DNA of 49,067 nucleotides, the filler included, from Streblomastix strix (Eukaryota), in assembly GCA_008636045.1 (NCBI GenBank). It is 2 parts of 2 records of this genome, joined end to end, with 100 filler letters (N's around TTAATTAATTAA, not from the genome) between each part and the next. Parts side by side here need not be neighbours in the genome. Positions count along the whole stretch, not along the records: positions 1 to 24,485 come from SNRW01000231.1; 1 more part is not named here. One strand, 5' to 3'. A program made the position numbers and the translations under genes. Every line of letters begins with the position of its first letter. Within the stretch, counting starts at the first letter, position 1. Of this stretch, positions 10,810 to 24,485 are shown one piece after another. The notes under the pieces were generated by a model. The model made no database searches. It was given only the letters and a program-made list of their open reading frames with translations, and was not told the origin of the DNA.

Positions 10810-10905
10810 GAAAAAGTTTTCTTCGTTCAGTTGTTGAATTATTTTAAATATTGGCAAGTTTTTTTATTACTATTATATCCTGATAACTTATTTATTTACT
10901 TATTA

Positions 10906-12929
10906 TAACTGCCAATCTTCGATAATGACGATGAAAATTTGAAACCTGCTGCCAAGCCTGGGCAGAATATAGATTAGTCATAAGATCCGGGATCAAATAG
11001 TTAGTATGATCTAATGGCAGATATACTCCAAGTGGCAGCTGATATTCTAGAATCTCCGATGCTTTTACTGAATTTCGTTTCAGAAGTTGTTTAAAAAAAT
11101 ACAACAAAACTCATTGTATCATGATGACAATGAAATTATTTATGAGAAAGCTCCTGAAACGAAGAGTTTTTTATGTGTACTATTATATATTTTATTGTTT
11201 TTTCTTTTAATATAATTTATTTATTTTTTATATTTAGACATTAACATTACTAATCGAGGAGATCACTTCATTCATATACTTTTCTCCTACAACATCCGAG
11301 TAAATTAAAACAAGAATGCAACATAGAATCTGAAACTGTACAATACACTTAAATGCAACAAACTTGGGATGCTTGTTGGGCATATTGCACTTGATGAGAA
11401 TATATACGTAAATTAATCAGCAAATCCAGATTGATGCTAAACAATTGTCTTTCCCAAATCAACCTGAATGGCAATATTTAAATTAATAGAAATGAACGTT
11501 ATTCATTGGTTACCACTTTTAGATTTAATATCAGAGACTTCTGCTGATTTTAATGAAGAAGATCCGACCATAGAGGAATCATAGCTTCATATTGAGAAAA
11601 TATAAGATATATTCCAACTCTTCGAAATGTCTCCGGATGTTGAGCTTAAGATCATTAAATTAGATGCTGTTGATAAAGGATTTATTGTTTAATTGGTTAA
11701 CTTGCTTGACACCGAAGATCCACGTGAGCGAGAAACATTAAAAGCAGTTATGCATAAGATGTATGTACGATTCGCAGCATATCGAATGTTGATCCATAAT
11801 AGTAAGGATTCAATCTTCGATAGAGTTGGATTCAACAAAATCCGTTTTAACGGTACAGCTGAACTTCTGAAGATCATGGGATCAGTATTTGCTGGATTAA
11901 CATTCCAAATTAAAGTTGATCTTCTACGATTATTCAGATACGCATTACTTCTACTACACCATGCTATTCCACTACCAAAATTTAACATACAACTACTATA
12001 ATCAATTCAATTATTACAACAAAATGAGAAAAGATCGTCTTTAGATATGACCTGGAACTTACTTCATACTTCGCCTAAAATATTATCACATAAAGAAGTT
12101 ATATATATGGTCGAATTAGAAGGTATTACAGATTGTGTTAGAGTAGATCAATTATTGGCTTGAAGTGCAGCTAACTTCAGCTTGAATGGTAATAATAATA
12201 GCATAAGAATGATAAACCTGATTGCAACCTCTCCAGTTAATACAAATAATCATGCAGCAAGCAAATATCTTTTGCTTTTATCGCCTCCGATGAAGAAAGA
12301 AAATAAACCGCTTTTGCGAAGAGTTATTTTGAAATCTCTTTTCAAATAAGTAAGAGAATGTATTGAATTATCACAATTCTATAACGATAAATGAGCTATA
12401 ACCATGTTTGTCATATGTAATATGAAAGGTTTAGTCAGCAACACCAAAATTTCAGACAATTCTAATTCTGTTCTTACCTCTGTATATCAACACACGTTGA
12501 CATTGTAGCGATTTAATGAAAACATTGATATATTCAGTTCTTAGACTTTTAATGGAAGCTGACAAACCACTTTTCCAGATGCGCGATGCCAATGCGAGAT
12601 AGATAGAATAGAAAAGAAGAGAATCTAATATGAGTAAAGATACAATGAATAAGCTTGAGAAAGATGCTTTATAAAATGAAGTATAAGCAAGTGAGATTCC
12701 TATTAGGATGCAAAAAGCTTATGATGAGTTGAAGAAGAAATTGATTGAAGAGAAAAATAATGCGAATCAGAATTGGAGCAAGATTTTGCCACGAGTTCGA
12801 TCAAGCAGTTCACTTTATAGTTAAGACAATAGTTTCTATACTCTCACCAGTTACTCTAATTATAATCTTAATATAATTCCAAACTAGAACTAATTAGATT
12901 CTTAAAATGCAAAAGATTTATTCTGGTGA
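10906..12929 (+). pseudogene. PPP2R5: Protein phosphatase 2A regulatory subunit B' (B56) family pseudogene; boundaries approximate
   Basis: DFNEEDPTIEESQLHIEKI...DKGFIVQLVNLLDTEDPRERETLKAVMHKMYVRF...FNGTAELLKIMGSVFAG matches the B56 core. In-frame TGAs (12161, 12392) and frameshifts are present. Probable intron at 11166-11237. Confidence 0.85.
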
Positions 12930-14607
12930 ATAAATTTAGAACATAAAATTTGCTCACTTTGATATAGGTGATATGATGTGTTCTACAAAAGGAAATCAAA
13001 TTCTATAGAAATAAATACAAATTTGAAAGTATTGAATTATGAAACTTTAACCTTAGTTGATGATATTTAGATGATGGTGAATATGCTACTATCCTAGACT
13101 ACATGAAAAATAAAATGAAAATTCAAATATGATATAGAATATATACATAATTACATCAAAAGTAAGTGATAGTAATGATTATTAAACATTTTCTATTTAT
13201 ATATATTTTTTTAATTTAGTTTAATTTTTTCAAATATTTATAGATTTGATTATTTTTATAGTATGTTTCATATTCGAATAAGTCAACTTTATCCGTTTTA
13301 TTAATTGCAATTTTATATTTTTAGTAAATTATTCAATTTTAACACATTTCTTGTAGATTTCTATAATATTAAGTTTATAGTTATAATAAAACTTAAATAT
13401 TGTATCGAATTCACATTATTTATATATTTATTTATTTAATTTATAACTTATTCTCCTATCAACGCGATTTAGTTCCACTGAATTATAAAAAATAACTATG
13501 ATAGTGATATAAATCGATAAAACAATAACAATTTCAATTTCTTGAATATGAATTACTTCTTAGAAGTTTTTTAAAATGAAATTAATTTATTTTATAGTAT
13601 TTAATGTAATTTTATTCATAAATTATATAAATATACTCTATTGATACATATTTTCTAATTTTTAATTTAATAAAAAAAAATATAATTTTTTTTTCCTTAA
13701 TTTTTAACATATTTTAATTGTTTTGTGCTAAGTTTTATTATTACTGTTACTAAATTTTCAAAAAATTAAATTGCACTAAATTACTAACTCTGCGAAGAAA
13801 TATATTAAAACTATTTTAAAACTCATTGCTTCCTAACAGGCACAATAATAATTAAGAAAATATTTATATATAATTTCTTTATATTTATGTAAGTTTTTTT
13901 TTTGTATTTTATAAATATATCAAAAACCAATCAATAAATTTGAAAAAGTACTCAACCATACCAAAAGTAATTAACTAAAAACTTCAACCTATATGTTATA
14001 TGTTTGATGGTATTAAATATGTATTATTTGAATTATATGATAGATAATTTATTTATTCTTTTTTATTTATTGTATATATTATTTTCAACAAAACTTTTAA
14101 TTCTATTAATTATTTCAAAAACTATTATTGCTCTTTTTTTAGAACATTATTAACAAAGATTCATATTATTAATACTTTGTTGGTGATTATATCAGCTGTA
14201 AATGCAATTGTAAGTATTTTGAGATATAAAGATTATGAGAAGGTTTGAATATTAATTAGAAAAATAATTAATTGGATGATAAAGCACTATTTTTTTATTT
14301 AATTTTTTTTTTCTTTTTTGGGTTGTTATTTCTTGGCAAGGTGGATAGGATTAGCTCTGGGTCATTATTTCTTGGCATCCTCAAATAATAAACTGTAAAC
14401 TTCATTGTTAAACTATTATATATTTATATTTATTGTTAATACAAAAAATAAAGCTTCAATAAAAAATAAATTTTTTTATTTGATTCAAAAATAAATATTA
14501 TTAAAAAGTTATTCATTTCTTCTTAAATTATTACAAATTCTTCATTTATCATTTTATCAATTAAATCTTCTTTAAATTCATTTCTTCACTTCTATTTCTT
14601 TATTTTT

Positions 14608-17600
14608 TCAAACTATTTCTTCTTCTCGACAATGAAAGCATCAACTTTTGCTTATAATTCTGGGTCTGGACAATATATTAAATAAATAATAAATATATTA
14701 AATAAATAAAATAATAACAGTTTACAATTTATAAAATATAAATATAAATACCTGGTTCAATCATATCAAGCGTCATCGGCTCCCTCGCAAAAGGGTTCTT
14801 TCCCTCCTGCAGAACATACATAGTAATACTCTTCCTATCAACACTTTAATTCACATTCTATTACTTAGCACGACACGCATCGCGAATAAGCGTCGAAAAA
14901 ACAGCATCCTGCAAATCGGGTCTGTTTTGAACTTCGTCGTCTAGAAAAAGATCAAATTCAGAAGGTTAGGACTTCTCGCTGGCTTAGCGGATTATATCAA
15001 GTGTTTGGCGGTATACTGCAATTCTTTGGGACGTGCGAGTTTATTTGTAGTTGATTATATCGCCAATACGATTGAACGCATCTTGGCTGAATTGAATATT
15101 GTCAATATGTGTTGCATTGATGAATGACAAGTAGCTTTCCTCGCTGATTTTATCAGAAAATGGACTCGGAGGTGGTGATTTAAACTGGCGAAATCGGTCC
15201 ATTTTCATTTTTGACTGTAAAAAAGCAATTTTAAGATCTTTAGGCACTTCAACAAGCGCGACAACGCTGTCAAACACGTGCCCTGCGATATGAATCGGGT
15301 TCCACTTGAATTCTCGCGGATTTTCGATCTTCAACCGTTAATTGTAACTGTCAGTGACTGTCGTAGCGATATACTTAAGCATCGTCACAATTGTAGCAAA
15401 AGATATCGACTCTATTTTAGAGACACGGCCAATTCTGATCAGTATTAAAAAAATGCTGAAGTATTTGTCAAGCTTGTTTGAGTATGATCTACAGGCGCGT
15501 GTCATCCTATCTAAGTATGCGAGATGATTTGTTCTATTAATCTCACTTATAAATTATTCTTCAGTGTTTTCATTTCTGAAATCTTCCATTTTTTAAACTT
15601 ATTATTGGCGATCGATGATACTAGTTTCGAGGTGGTTGAAACACCATCTTATGTAGGTTGCGACTCGTGAAAGCACGAATAGGTACGTCATCGCACCGTG
15701 AATATCATTTCTAGTGCTAATTTCTGCATTACCTGTTTAAATCATATCAGATCTCTAATTGTTTAAAGCAGTGATACCAGTTCCATCGGATACATTGCAC
15801 AGATCATCACTGCCATCCCAGAAAAGTGAAATAAGTATTGGACACAGACTATCATCACTAATCATCACTTTAAGGGAATTCACGAACATGAGCCGAGTTC
15901 TTATTCTCTCTCCTTCAGATGTGTCATCAGAAGAGACTTTCTCGATATTTGGGAAGAAAGTGAGAAGCGCTCTTGGGAAAAGATAGAACAGTGGTGGATG
16001 CAAAAGAAGCAAAAAGCACATTTCTCGAAGCTGTTTGTCACGTTCACTTTCGTTGTTTGGTTATTTTTAACTTGAATCTGTTGGTTTGGGAGGAGGTGAC
16101 ACTTTAGATTATTTATCTGATAGTTGATGTTTTGGAGTAAGTTAGAGCATTTATTATTATTGATTAATGGGATTTTATTTAGTAACATCAACATCGGGCA
16201 TAGCAAAGATATTAGTATCATCAGTTGTATATGCATCAACAGAATCATCGAGTTTGTTTTCCTAATCTTCATCAACAACTAATGGTGCTAAAATAACACT
16301 AAGCATCTCACCAATCTCAATAACTGTTGTTTAATGTGAGATCATTTTGAAATTCAGTACAAAGAAAGCCATTAAGTGAAGGATATTCTTCGCATGAATC
16401 AGATAATCTATAGTAGCTTTATGAATGAGTAATTTATTCATTAAATTAGCCATGTCCTCCAAAATGAATAGAGGATGTATAGCCACTAATGGGTGGTGAA
16501 GAAGAAAAGGTGATGTAATTGCAGCTGATGAGGATGCGACATCATTAACTGATATTGGAGATGTTTATGTTTATGATTATGTTTGTGATTAAGTAGAAGG
16601 TGAATATGAGATGTTTGAAGTGCTTTATTTTGATGTTGTTTATATTCCACTATTTATATTTGTAAGTTATTATTATTATTACTAATATTATTATTCATAA
16701 TCCCAGAATCCAATGTCATCATCCAGCTATCCATCACTATTCAGCCCATATCCGCTGATCTCTCCCAACTGCCTCAGATACAACCAGGCCACAAAATCGT
16801 AGAATTTCGTCGCTTTTTCCAGCAAATCACTGTAAGCAATTACTGCGTTGTACCCATAACTCTATTCAAGTAATTATTTAGCCTCTCGTATCTAAGCTAA
16901 AGTGCTGAGAATTTTTTAATGAGTTTCTTCGCGGAATGATGGATGAAGATGGTGAATTGCGTCGTTGTATGTTCTTGTAATGGCTTGTTCATACTTGAAA
17001 TCTGATGAAATTAAAGGTTTTGTTAATAAGGATTGTATTTCTTATGATTATGGATACTTATTCTCTTCAATCATCAGTTAATGTGCAAGTTTCTTGTTGT
17101 GCTGAAACTCAGCTACTTCACAGATAGACTTGATGAAATCTTCAAATTCAATTTGGCTTGATAGAACTGATGGAAATGGTGAGACAGTCAGTTGTTCCGG
17201 TTCAGGTGAAAGTTTCTCAAACTATTCTTCGCGAGCAACAAGGATTTTCCTGTAACGATTCAAAGCTGGGATCAAACCAAAGTGAAGAGCGTGTATTGTT
17301 TAATACAAACACTCTGATGCTCTCGGGAACTTGAAAGGCTGGTTTAAATCCTATTGTTATTTCTATGCGATCAGTTCCATTGAATTTGGTTCTATTAATT
17401 AAATCTCGCTGTTGAGTAATTTTTTGGGTTCTAATTGAGATAATGAGTGTTTTTTGGAATATTTGGCGAAATGAAGCTGATTTTTGTTCAGATGTTAATT
17501 GCATTTTAATTCTGCTTCTGTTGCTCCTTCTAATCCTCGCCATTTGCTTATTTCAAAATTTTACTGCTAATTTGTTGAAGAATTAATGTTTTATTGAACT

Positions 17601-19023
17601 GGTTTTATTTGATTCAAAACTTATCTTTTGTTCCAATTCTGATTAGTTCGCCCATATATAATCTCTTTTGTTGGAGCTCTCTGAATATTATTAGAGTTAT
17701 TAATTCAGTTATCTCTAACATCAAACAAGTAACTGTTAAGATCTTTTACATTCATTTTCCTTTGTTATTACTATTAATGTTATTATTACCTCGTTCTACT
17801 CAATTTATCATCTTTCTTTCTATTTGATGAGTTTTCAAGTACTTCGTCCATCAATTACTGATCAATATGTGGGATTTTGCAGAAAGTTTCGCAAATGCTG
17901 AGCAAAGCACTTCATAAATTCATTTTAAAACCATCAGATCTAGAATCGTGTTTTTCGCTTTTCACCTTTAAACATTCATCATTATAAATACAGAAACTTT
18001 CCAGGAAGTTTATCATATTTTATGCTAATGATATAGTGCAATCAAATTAGAATGTTCCGTCTTTATATAGTTATTATTATTATTATTAATATGAAATTGG
18101 TTATTATTATTATTGAGATGTTAATCCAGCAAAGCATAAATCGATTGGTAGTTAATTCACTCGAAATATGTTGTACATCAGTTAGTTAATATGTTCATGG
18201 AGTTTATTCTCATTCAACGCTGAATTTTTCATCCTTTGAATAACCTCTTTGATTTCACTGCTTAAACTTGTGTTTGATTCATAAAGCCGTTAATTAGAAA
18301 ATTACTTTGCAATTCTTCTGATTGCCTCTGAATTGAGTTAAAAATTCCCTGAGCAATCAATTAGTTCTTTCGATGCAGTCGCCAATAATTCTGACTTGTC
18401 AAAGAACAGATGCAAATGTGCAAAAAAATTGTTTTTATTGACAAGCGTAGATTTTGATATAAGCGAAAGAAACAATGTTGGTGAATTTACGCTCATGTCT
18501 TTGGAGAAGTGAAATAATCCGTCATTGTTTTATGATTTTGTATTTGGGCTTGATTTTTATGAAGATTAAGTGGATCCAGCTGGAAATGGCGTTAAGAACA
18601 GGCTGGGTTCGTTGGAGAACTGAAAAATATGAGAAATAGTTGAATTTCAGATTAAATTAAAAGAAAATTGATGAAATAAATAGAAATTAATAAAAAATAA
18701 GGAATATTATGTTAAAATAAGTATGCAACCAAAGTTTTATAAACATATTATATTTACTATTAAAACATTTATTTAATTATATAGAAAATCATACTAATGC
18801 CATTAAGTTCTTATTATATGTCAGTTAAATAAGAACTCTTAATGCTTCATCTGGATATTCTGGAAATGAAGTGTTTTCTAAATTATATGTCGCATTAATT
18901 CATCGTCTTATAAGATTCTTAATCAATATTCTCTTTTCGAGGGACATGTTCACTTCCATCTGTGTTGATGACTATTATATGAATAGATATTTAAAGTTGG
19001 TTGCTGGATGAATGCTGCACTCT
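14608..19023 (-). pseudogene. UFD2: Divergent UFD2/UBE4-like ubiquitin elongation factor (E4) with C-terminal U-box; 5' end replaced by DIRS sequence
   Basis: Motifs FPRASECLYQTIHALHFGLIPAL and LKIENPREFKWNP, plus U-box DLQDAVFSTLIRDA...VDRKSITMYVLQEGKNPFAREPMTLDMIEPDPELQAKVDAF. GT-AG introns at 18620-18794 and 14666-14751. In-frame TGAs at 18900-18902, 17912-17914 and 17705-17707; the 3' ~1000 codons are open. Confidence 0.75.
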
Positions 19024-20115
19024 CCATGAAGGTAAAGCCGAAATACAGAAGAAGCTGATCTGTCACTTTGATGTGGTGATAAACATATTATAGATCTAGA
19101 ATTGTTGCGAAATCCGACGTTTCCAAAATTTGCTTGATGAATTTTATCCCTTCTATCTTGAATTTCTTCAAACTAGTAAAATTGATTAATTTTTCATTAG
19201 TCCAAAATCTTTCGTTGTTTTCCACCAGGTTTTTAGACCAAGAATGTTGGATTAAAGATTCGTACGTTATAATTCTTTCTCACAATTCCAGCTTAGATTT
19301 CTTTCAAAAGTTGGTTTTGATATTCTAACATCTGTTTGTTGGAGCCATGATATTCGTTATAATGTTGCACTGCTTCTAAGTGTTGAAGAGCTTCTATGGA
19401 GGTCCAGTTCGATATAACTCCGTTCATAATATAAGATCCACCATTAATTTAGTCCAATTCGTGGATCTACGCTGTCAGTCTATCTGGAACTGAAACATCT
19501 TTCACATTGAAGTCTTCCAACGAGAATAGAGGTGTTTGATTATTTATCTCCTCCTATTCCCCCTCTTTAAAATAAAATTTTAACTCATTTAGCTTTTTAA
19601 TCTTTGCCTTTAAGTTTAATTTTCAACTTGTCACTCGCTATTAATTCTCCATCACTCATAGTTATCATAATTACGTTGGTTAGGTATCAACACCTTGACA
19701 ACTCTGTTATTTATTGCATATTTGGAATGTTTGGAGTTTATTGCAGAAATATTTACAGATTTTGAGAACTATTAAGAGGCCATGACGTTGGCAACTGTCG
19801 ATTAATTCTATTATGTAGGTATTGCCGCAATTGCTTAAGATAAGGATATTAATATGGAGTACTTGAAGATTGTTTGAAGTACTAATTTGTAGGATATTGA
19901 TAGAATTGCTAATCGGGATTCTGAACGAAACCGAATCTGTTTCTCTTTCAAGGTTTATAATGCGAACCTTATTAGTAGAACTGATTGCGTCACTATCTCT
20001 AATTAACGAATCTTGGTTGACCATATGTTGCTCTAACATTTTTCTTTAATCATCTTATTTTTATTTGATCTTGGATGCGCGTTTGCGGCTTATCTATTAA
20101 TATCATCTGTCCATG
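19023..20115 (-). mobile_element. DIRS retrotransposon internal fragment (ORF1 tail plus N-terminal half of reverse transcriptase), decayed
   Basis: Reads LLKEIQAGIV...IFNPTFLVQKPGGKQRKILD...FKIEGIKFIKQILETSDFATILDLQYVYHHIKV..LLLYFGFTF. The RT breaks off before the YxDD motif, and stops and frameshifts are present. Confidence 0.85.
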
Positions 20116-20659
20116 CCAACACAGGTATAGTATTAAAATAATACACATAAAATATAAAATTTAAATGTTCAAAATCTTAATGTACAATCAATATATCTCC
20201 TGATAGTTTGCTCTGACGAAAGAAATTGAGTTTAAAAAAATATATAAATTCTTTATATTATTGATTTCAATTTTGGGTTTATCAAGGTATTATATTAAAT
20301 CTCCTATATGTTATCATTATTAAACCATTTAAAGTTAAAATAAAGACAATTCTATACTCTTGGCGTAACTTCTAAAAATTGCAAATTATTTATTGATTGT
20401 GTTATAGATTCCACAATTATAATATTCATTCAATAAGAAAATAAAATAATTATTTATATACATCTATTCAAACTTCGGAAACATCAACTAGTATATATAA
20501 AAACAAATCTATAAGTTATTAAATTACAAAATTGTTTTTATTACGACACAATACTATTTCTTTGATCTTATAAAGATTATTATATTGTTTTTTGAGGAAC
20601 TAATTATTGTTATTTACTTTAACCTCTATATTTTTAAGAAAATACTTGAATCACTCTTA

Positions 20660-20989
20660 TGGTACCAGAAAAAAGTCCCTCCGGCGGACTTTCTGAACCA
20701 ACCAACAGTGATCCAATTTTGATTAATATACTCATATATGTTAATCATACAGTAGATGAAAACATGAGATTTAGAACATTGTCGATAGCAAACTGGGGAA
20801 ATGGTTTCATTTTTATATGTTTTTTATTAGCAGTACTTAGATTTTGATGTTTAAATTTCTGTAACCAACAAATCAATTTCAATTAATATTATATATATTG
20901 CATGTGCATGACATAATGTATATAAATATGATATTATCATGGTAAATTATGCAGTGTTCAATTCTTTTGTTTTTTTCTTTGATAATTTA
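20660..20989. repeat. Mariner terminal inverted repeat (left copy)
   Basis: Reverse complement of 22209-22538, with about six mismatches by manual comparison. Confidence 0.92.
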
Positions 20990-21217
20990 TAAGAAAAATA
21001 TTATCTATAGAAATAATTCACAAATTAATAGTTTTTTTCTTAAATTTTTTTTATTTTCATATATATGTTACAATTAATTTGATTTAAATAATTTTAAACT
21101 TAATTCATACCAGTTTATTAGGAAAATTCCATTTTCTTCATTAATTTTTCGATAAAATAAAATAAAGTTACAAGTTAAATATTAAATTTAGCAGATACAA
21201 TTTATTTACAAACAGAA

Positions 21218-22259
21218 TCACTTCACATATTCACCATCACTGTTAATTACGTAAGTAAGTCGGTCTATCCAGCCTTAGAATGCATCATGCAATTATTTTG
21301 GTTAAATATTGCTTAAAACTGTGTTTACTGCGGATTTTGACTCCAACTCATCAGAAAACTTTTTCCTTTTCATCTTAGCTTTTAATACGCCAAATAGATA
21401 AAAATCACTAGGTGCTAAATCTGGGGAGTATGCAGGTTAAGGCATTTGATTAAACTTAGACGGTATCAAAAAATTTTAAGTGCAACTCGCTGAGTGAACT
21501 CGTGCGTTGTCATAATGTATCCAAATTGTATCCTTATATCCTTTGTATTCCTTTATAATAATATTATTTAAAGGCTTAAGTACTTCATCTGTAAAACTCA
21601 TTTGCATCCATTCTTTAATTTGGCTTTGTCGAGTATACAAATTCGATCCGTTGCGCACTCCAGAAAACAGTAAGCATCAGCTTTTTGTCCGATCTCATCC
21701 TTCTTGGCCACTCTGGTGGAGCAGAACCTTACTTAGTCCATGCGTATCGAGGTGAATTAATGTAGAATACGTAAGATTCGTCGCCAGTTATTATTGCAGG
21801 AAAGCCAGCTTTTTATCTTGAGAGTAAAGTAGACATCATTGGAAATGCATCTTATACCCTCTTTTATTTCTACTCATCAGTTATTTCATGGGGTATCCAA
21901 CGAACTCCGATTCTTCTGTATGATGTTTCGCATGAAATTATTTCTAAAACAGTTTTAGGATCTATATCGAAGATCTCCCCTAGCTAACCAAGTGAAATGT
22001 ACTTATCATCCTTTAAGATTTCTTCGATATGCACATCATAACCTACTAATAGAGGTCTGCCTGTTGGGGATAGGAAGGTACTAATCGATTAATTAACGGT
22101 AAATTAATTTCTCCAGCGATTAACTGTGTCTTGTTCGGGGTAAGAATCTGGATATACCACTATAAGATGTTCGTAAATTTCTATCACGTCCTACTTTGGA
22201 TAAAATAGTAAATTTTCAAAGAAAAAAATAAAAGAATTGAACACTGCATAATTTACCAT
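21218..22259 (-). pseudogene. Mariner DD34D transposase with one frameshift
   Basis: HTH region (EIYEHL..TVNRWRNQF..GRP), then WIPHEI, IITGDESYV, KLMLTVFWS, IHYDNARVH, YSPDLAPSDFYLF and GEYV followed by TGA. There are 34 residues between the 2nd and 3rd Asp. One extra base in the A-run at 21593-21596. Candidate ATG at 22259. Confidence 0.92.
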
Positions 22260-22538
22260 GATAATATCATATTTATATACATTATGTCATGCACATGCAA
22301 TATATATAATATTAATTGAAATTGATTTGTTGGTTACAAAAATTTAAACATCAAAATCTAAGTACTGCTAAAAAAAACCATATAAAAATGAAACCATTTC
22401 CCCAGTTTGCTATCGACAATGTTCTAAATCTCATGTTTTCATCTACTATATGATTAACATATATGAGTATATTAATCAAAATTGGATCACTGTTGGTTGG
22501 TTCAGAAAGTCCGCCGGAGGGACTTTTTTCTGGTACCA
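22209..22538. repeat. Mariner terminal inverted repeat (right copy)
   Basis: Reverse complement of 20660-20989. Confidence 0.92.
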
Positions 22539-24485
22539 TAATCGTATTTCTTTGCTTAACTTTGGTTCAGCATGCTTCCCTTCTAATGATTGAGAATATT
22601 GGCAATGAGATCGTTAACTTTTATGTTGATGAGAGTAGTAGTATATCAAAATTGTGTGGAAATGATAGATATCCTTGTAGTAAAATTGATTCTATATTCA
22701 GTTATATGGATAGAAACAACTAATGTATCATATATGTCTCTTAAGGTTAATATGATCATTCTTTATCGGTTTATGATATATTAAAATATTTTGATGTGAA
22801 ATATATTATTCCAATTTTTATTAATATTATTATCATTCTTACTGTATTCAGTATTTCCTACTATTGATACTGTTGCTGAAGGAAATGTGTTAATCAACAT
22901 AACTGGTCAATAACATCTGATTAGGAAAATCATCGTTAGTTTCTCAAAGTTCAACTTCGATTTTGGTGATCTTTACTTCTAATTTGATAATAGTAACAGT
23001 TCCCTGAAATTTTCAAACTGCAATCTCTTCAGAAATGCTGGTAATACAGCATTAAACGCTTATTCTTTAGCCGTAGCAAATCATGGAAGTCTTATTCTGG
23101 AGAAATTGAATTTCAATGGAGGCAAAATAGAAGGAAATGAAACACTGATTTATTCTACATTACCAAAATTGATTCAATTCACATCATTAACAATTACAAA
23201 TGTTACACTTAAAAAATAAGGAAACACTTCTCGACTTCTATTAAGTGTGATTGAACTAGAATCAGAATCAAACATTATTATCTCTGATATTCATGTGAAA
23301 TAGAATACTGCAGGTATTTAAGCTGAAGCAGGGATTATCTTTATTCATGCGATTGAAGATTAAGACCAGATTTAGAATGAATATCCCTCAGCATAACCAA
23401 TTATATTGATAGAAAACTCTGAGATTATTCAAAACACTCTTGCTCAAATCTTAGAAGCAAGCGCATATCCAAGTTCAAAGATTAAAACCACTCCAAATTC
23501 TCATCAAGAACAGCACTATTAATAATAGATCACCACCAAACACTAACAAACACTATGAATTAAAGATCTGACTTCCAAAAGACTGTGAACCAAAAGACCT
23601 CATTGATCAATTTAAAATAGTTGATTTTGTAATCACATTATATCCAGTTGCTGTGAAAATATTTCCAAATGATCAATTCTCAAGCATAGCAGTACTTCTA
23701 ACTGAATAGTATGCTAATATTCTAGTTAGAAGTAATGGATTAGAATCGTGTACAAGTTATATAGTCAACCTCCATAATGATGTTAGAACACTAAGTTGTG
23801 CTTTGGTTATTTTAAGAGCGAAAGATGCTTTAGGGTTATTAAAAGAAGTTCCAAGATCCATCTTTATAGAAGGTTCATTCATTGAGAATGATCTTCGAAC
23901 TGATGGTATTTTATTTATATTAATTTGAAAATTATAATATAATTTAGTATTTTTAATTTTTTTTAATATATTGTTAAATTAATATTACATTATTATTATT
24001 TCTTATTCAATATCAATATTAAGGCCTTACTATATAATTTAAAGGAACAAATACCTAAACATTTGCAAATATGATTTCCTTCAAACCTAATATACCGACA
24101 TTATTTACCATAAGTAATAATGCTCTCTTTCGTGCTAATGATGGTGGATTAGTTACATTGAATAATCTATTCTTATAGAGATCTAACAAAATTGGATCCG
24201 AGAGTGCACCAATTGTAATAATTAAAAGTGAAGCTGTATAATAAAGCAATGAATTATAAAAGAACGCTCCTGGAAAGCTTGTTATTGAGAGATGCATCTT
24301 AGAAGGTGGGAACACTGCAATTTCGGATGTTTGGTATGATTTAGGGTTAACTTAGACATGCAATGTTGGATATTATGCTACAATTGTTGCTGATGGTTAA
24401 AGTGTTGTCCAAATCTCAGGATCAACCATCTGAACATTCGAAGGACCTGCAGTAAGAGCATTGAATGGTGCAAGTGTTACAATTG
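22463..24485 (+). pseudogene. Secreted/surface protein, probably beta-helix (pectin-lyase-like) type; disrupted and cut by the contig end
   Basis: Hydrophobic leader IVFLCLTLVQHAS, then FYVD...CGNDRYPCSKID, then Asn/Ile/Ser-rich short strands (LKFSNCN, LILEKLNF, LVIERCILEGG). Introns end at 22851 and ~24023. Frameshift near 23467; TGA at ~23569 and 24431. Confidence 0.65.

Larger units (their letters stand above)
20660..22538 (-). mobile_element. Full-length mariner-family transposon (1879 bp) with ~330-bp TIRs and TA target-site duplication
   Basis: TA at 20658-20659 and 22539-22540. The ends read TGGTACCAGAAAAAAGTCC and its reverse complement. Contains an internal DD34D transposase. Confidence 0.92.

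Noticed and set aside
12930..14600. Long AT-rich stretch examined for RNA genes or repeats
   Set aside because: No tRNA, rRNA, ordered repeat or credible ORF was seen; treated as intergenic.
20659..20847. Near-identical 62-aa ORFs at 20659-20847 (+) and 22351-22539 (-)
   Set aside because: These are by-products of the mariner TIRs, and the ATG is formed partly by the TA target duplication.
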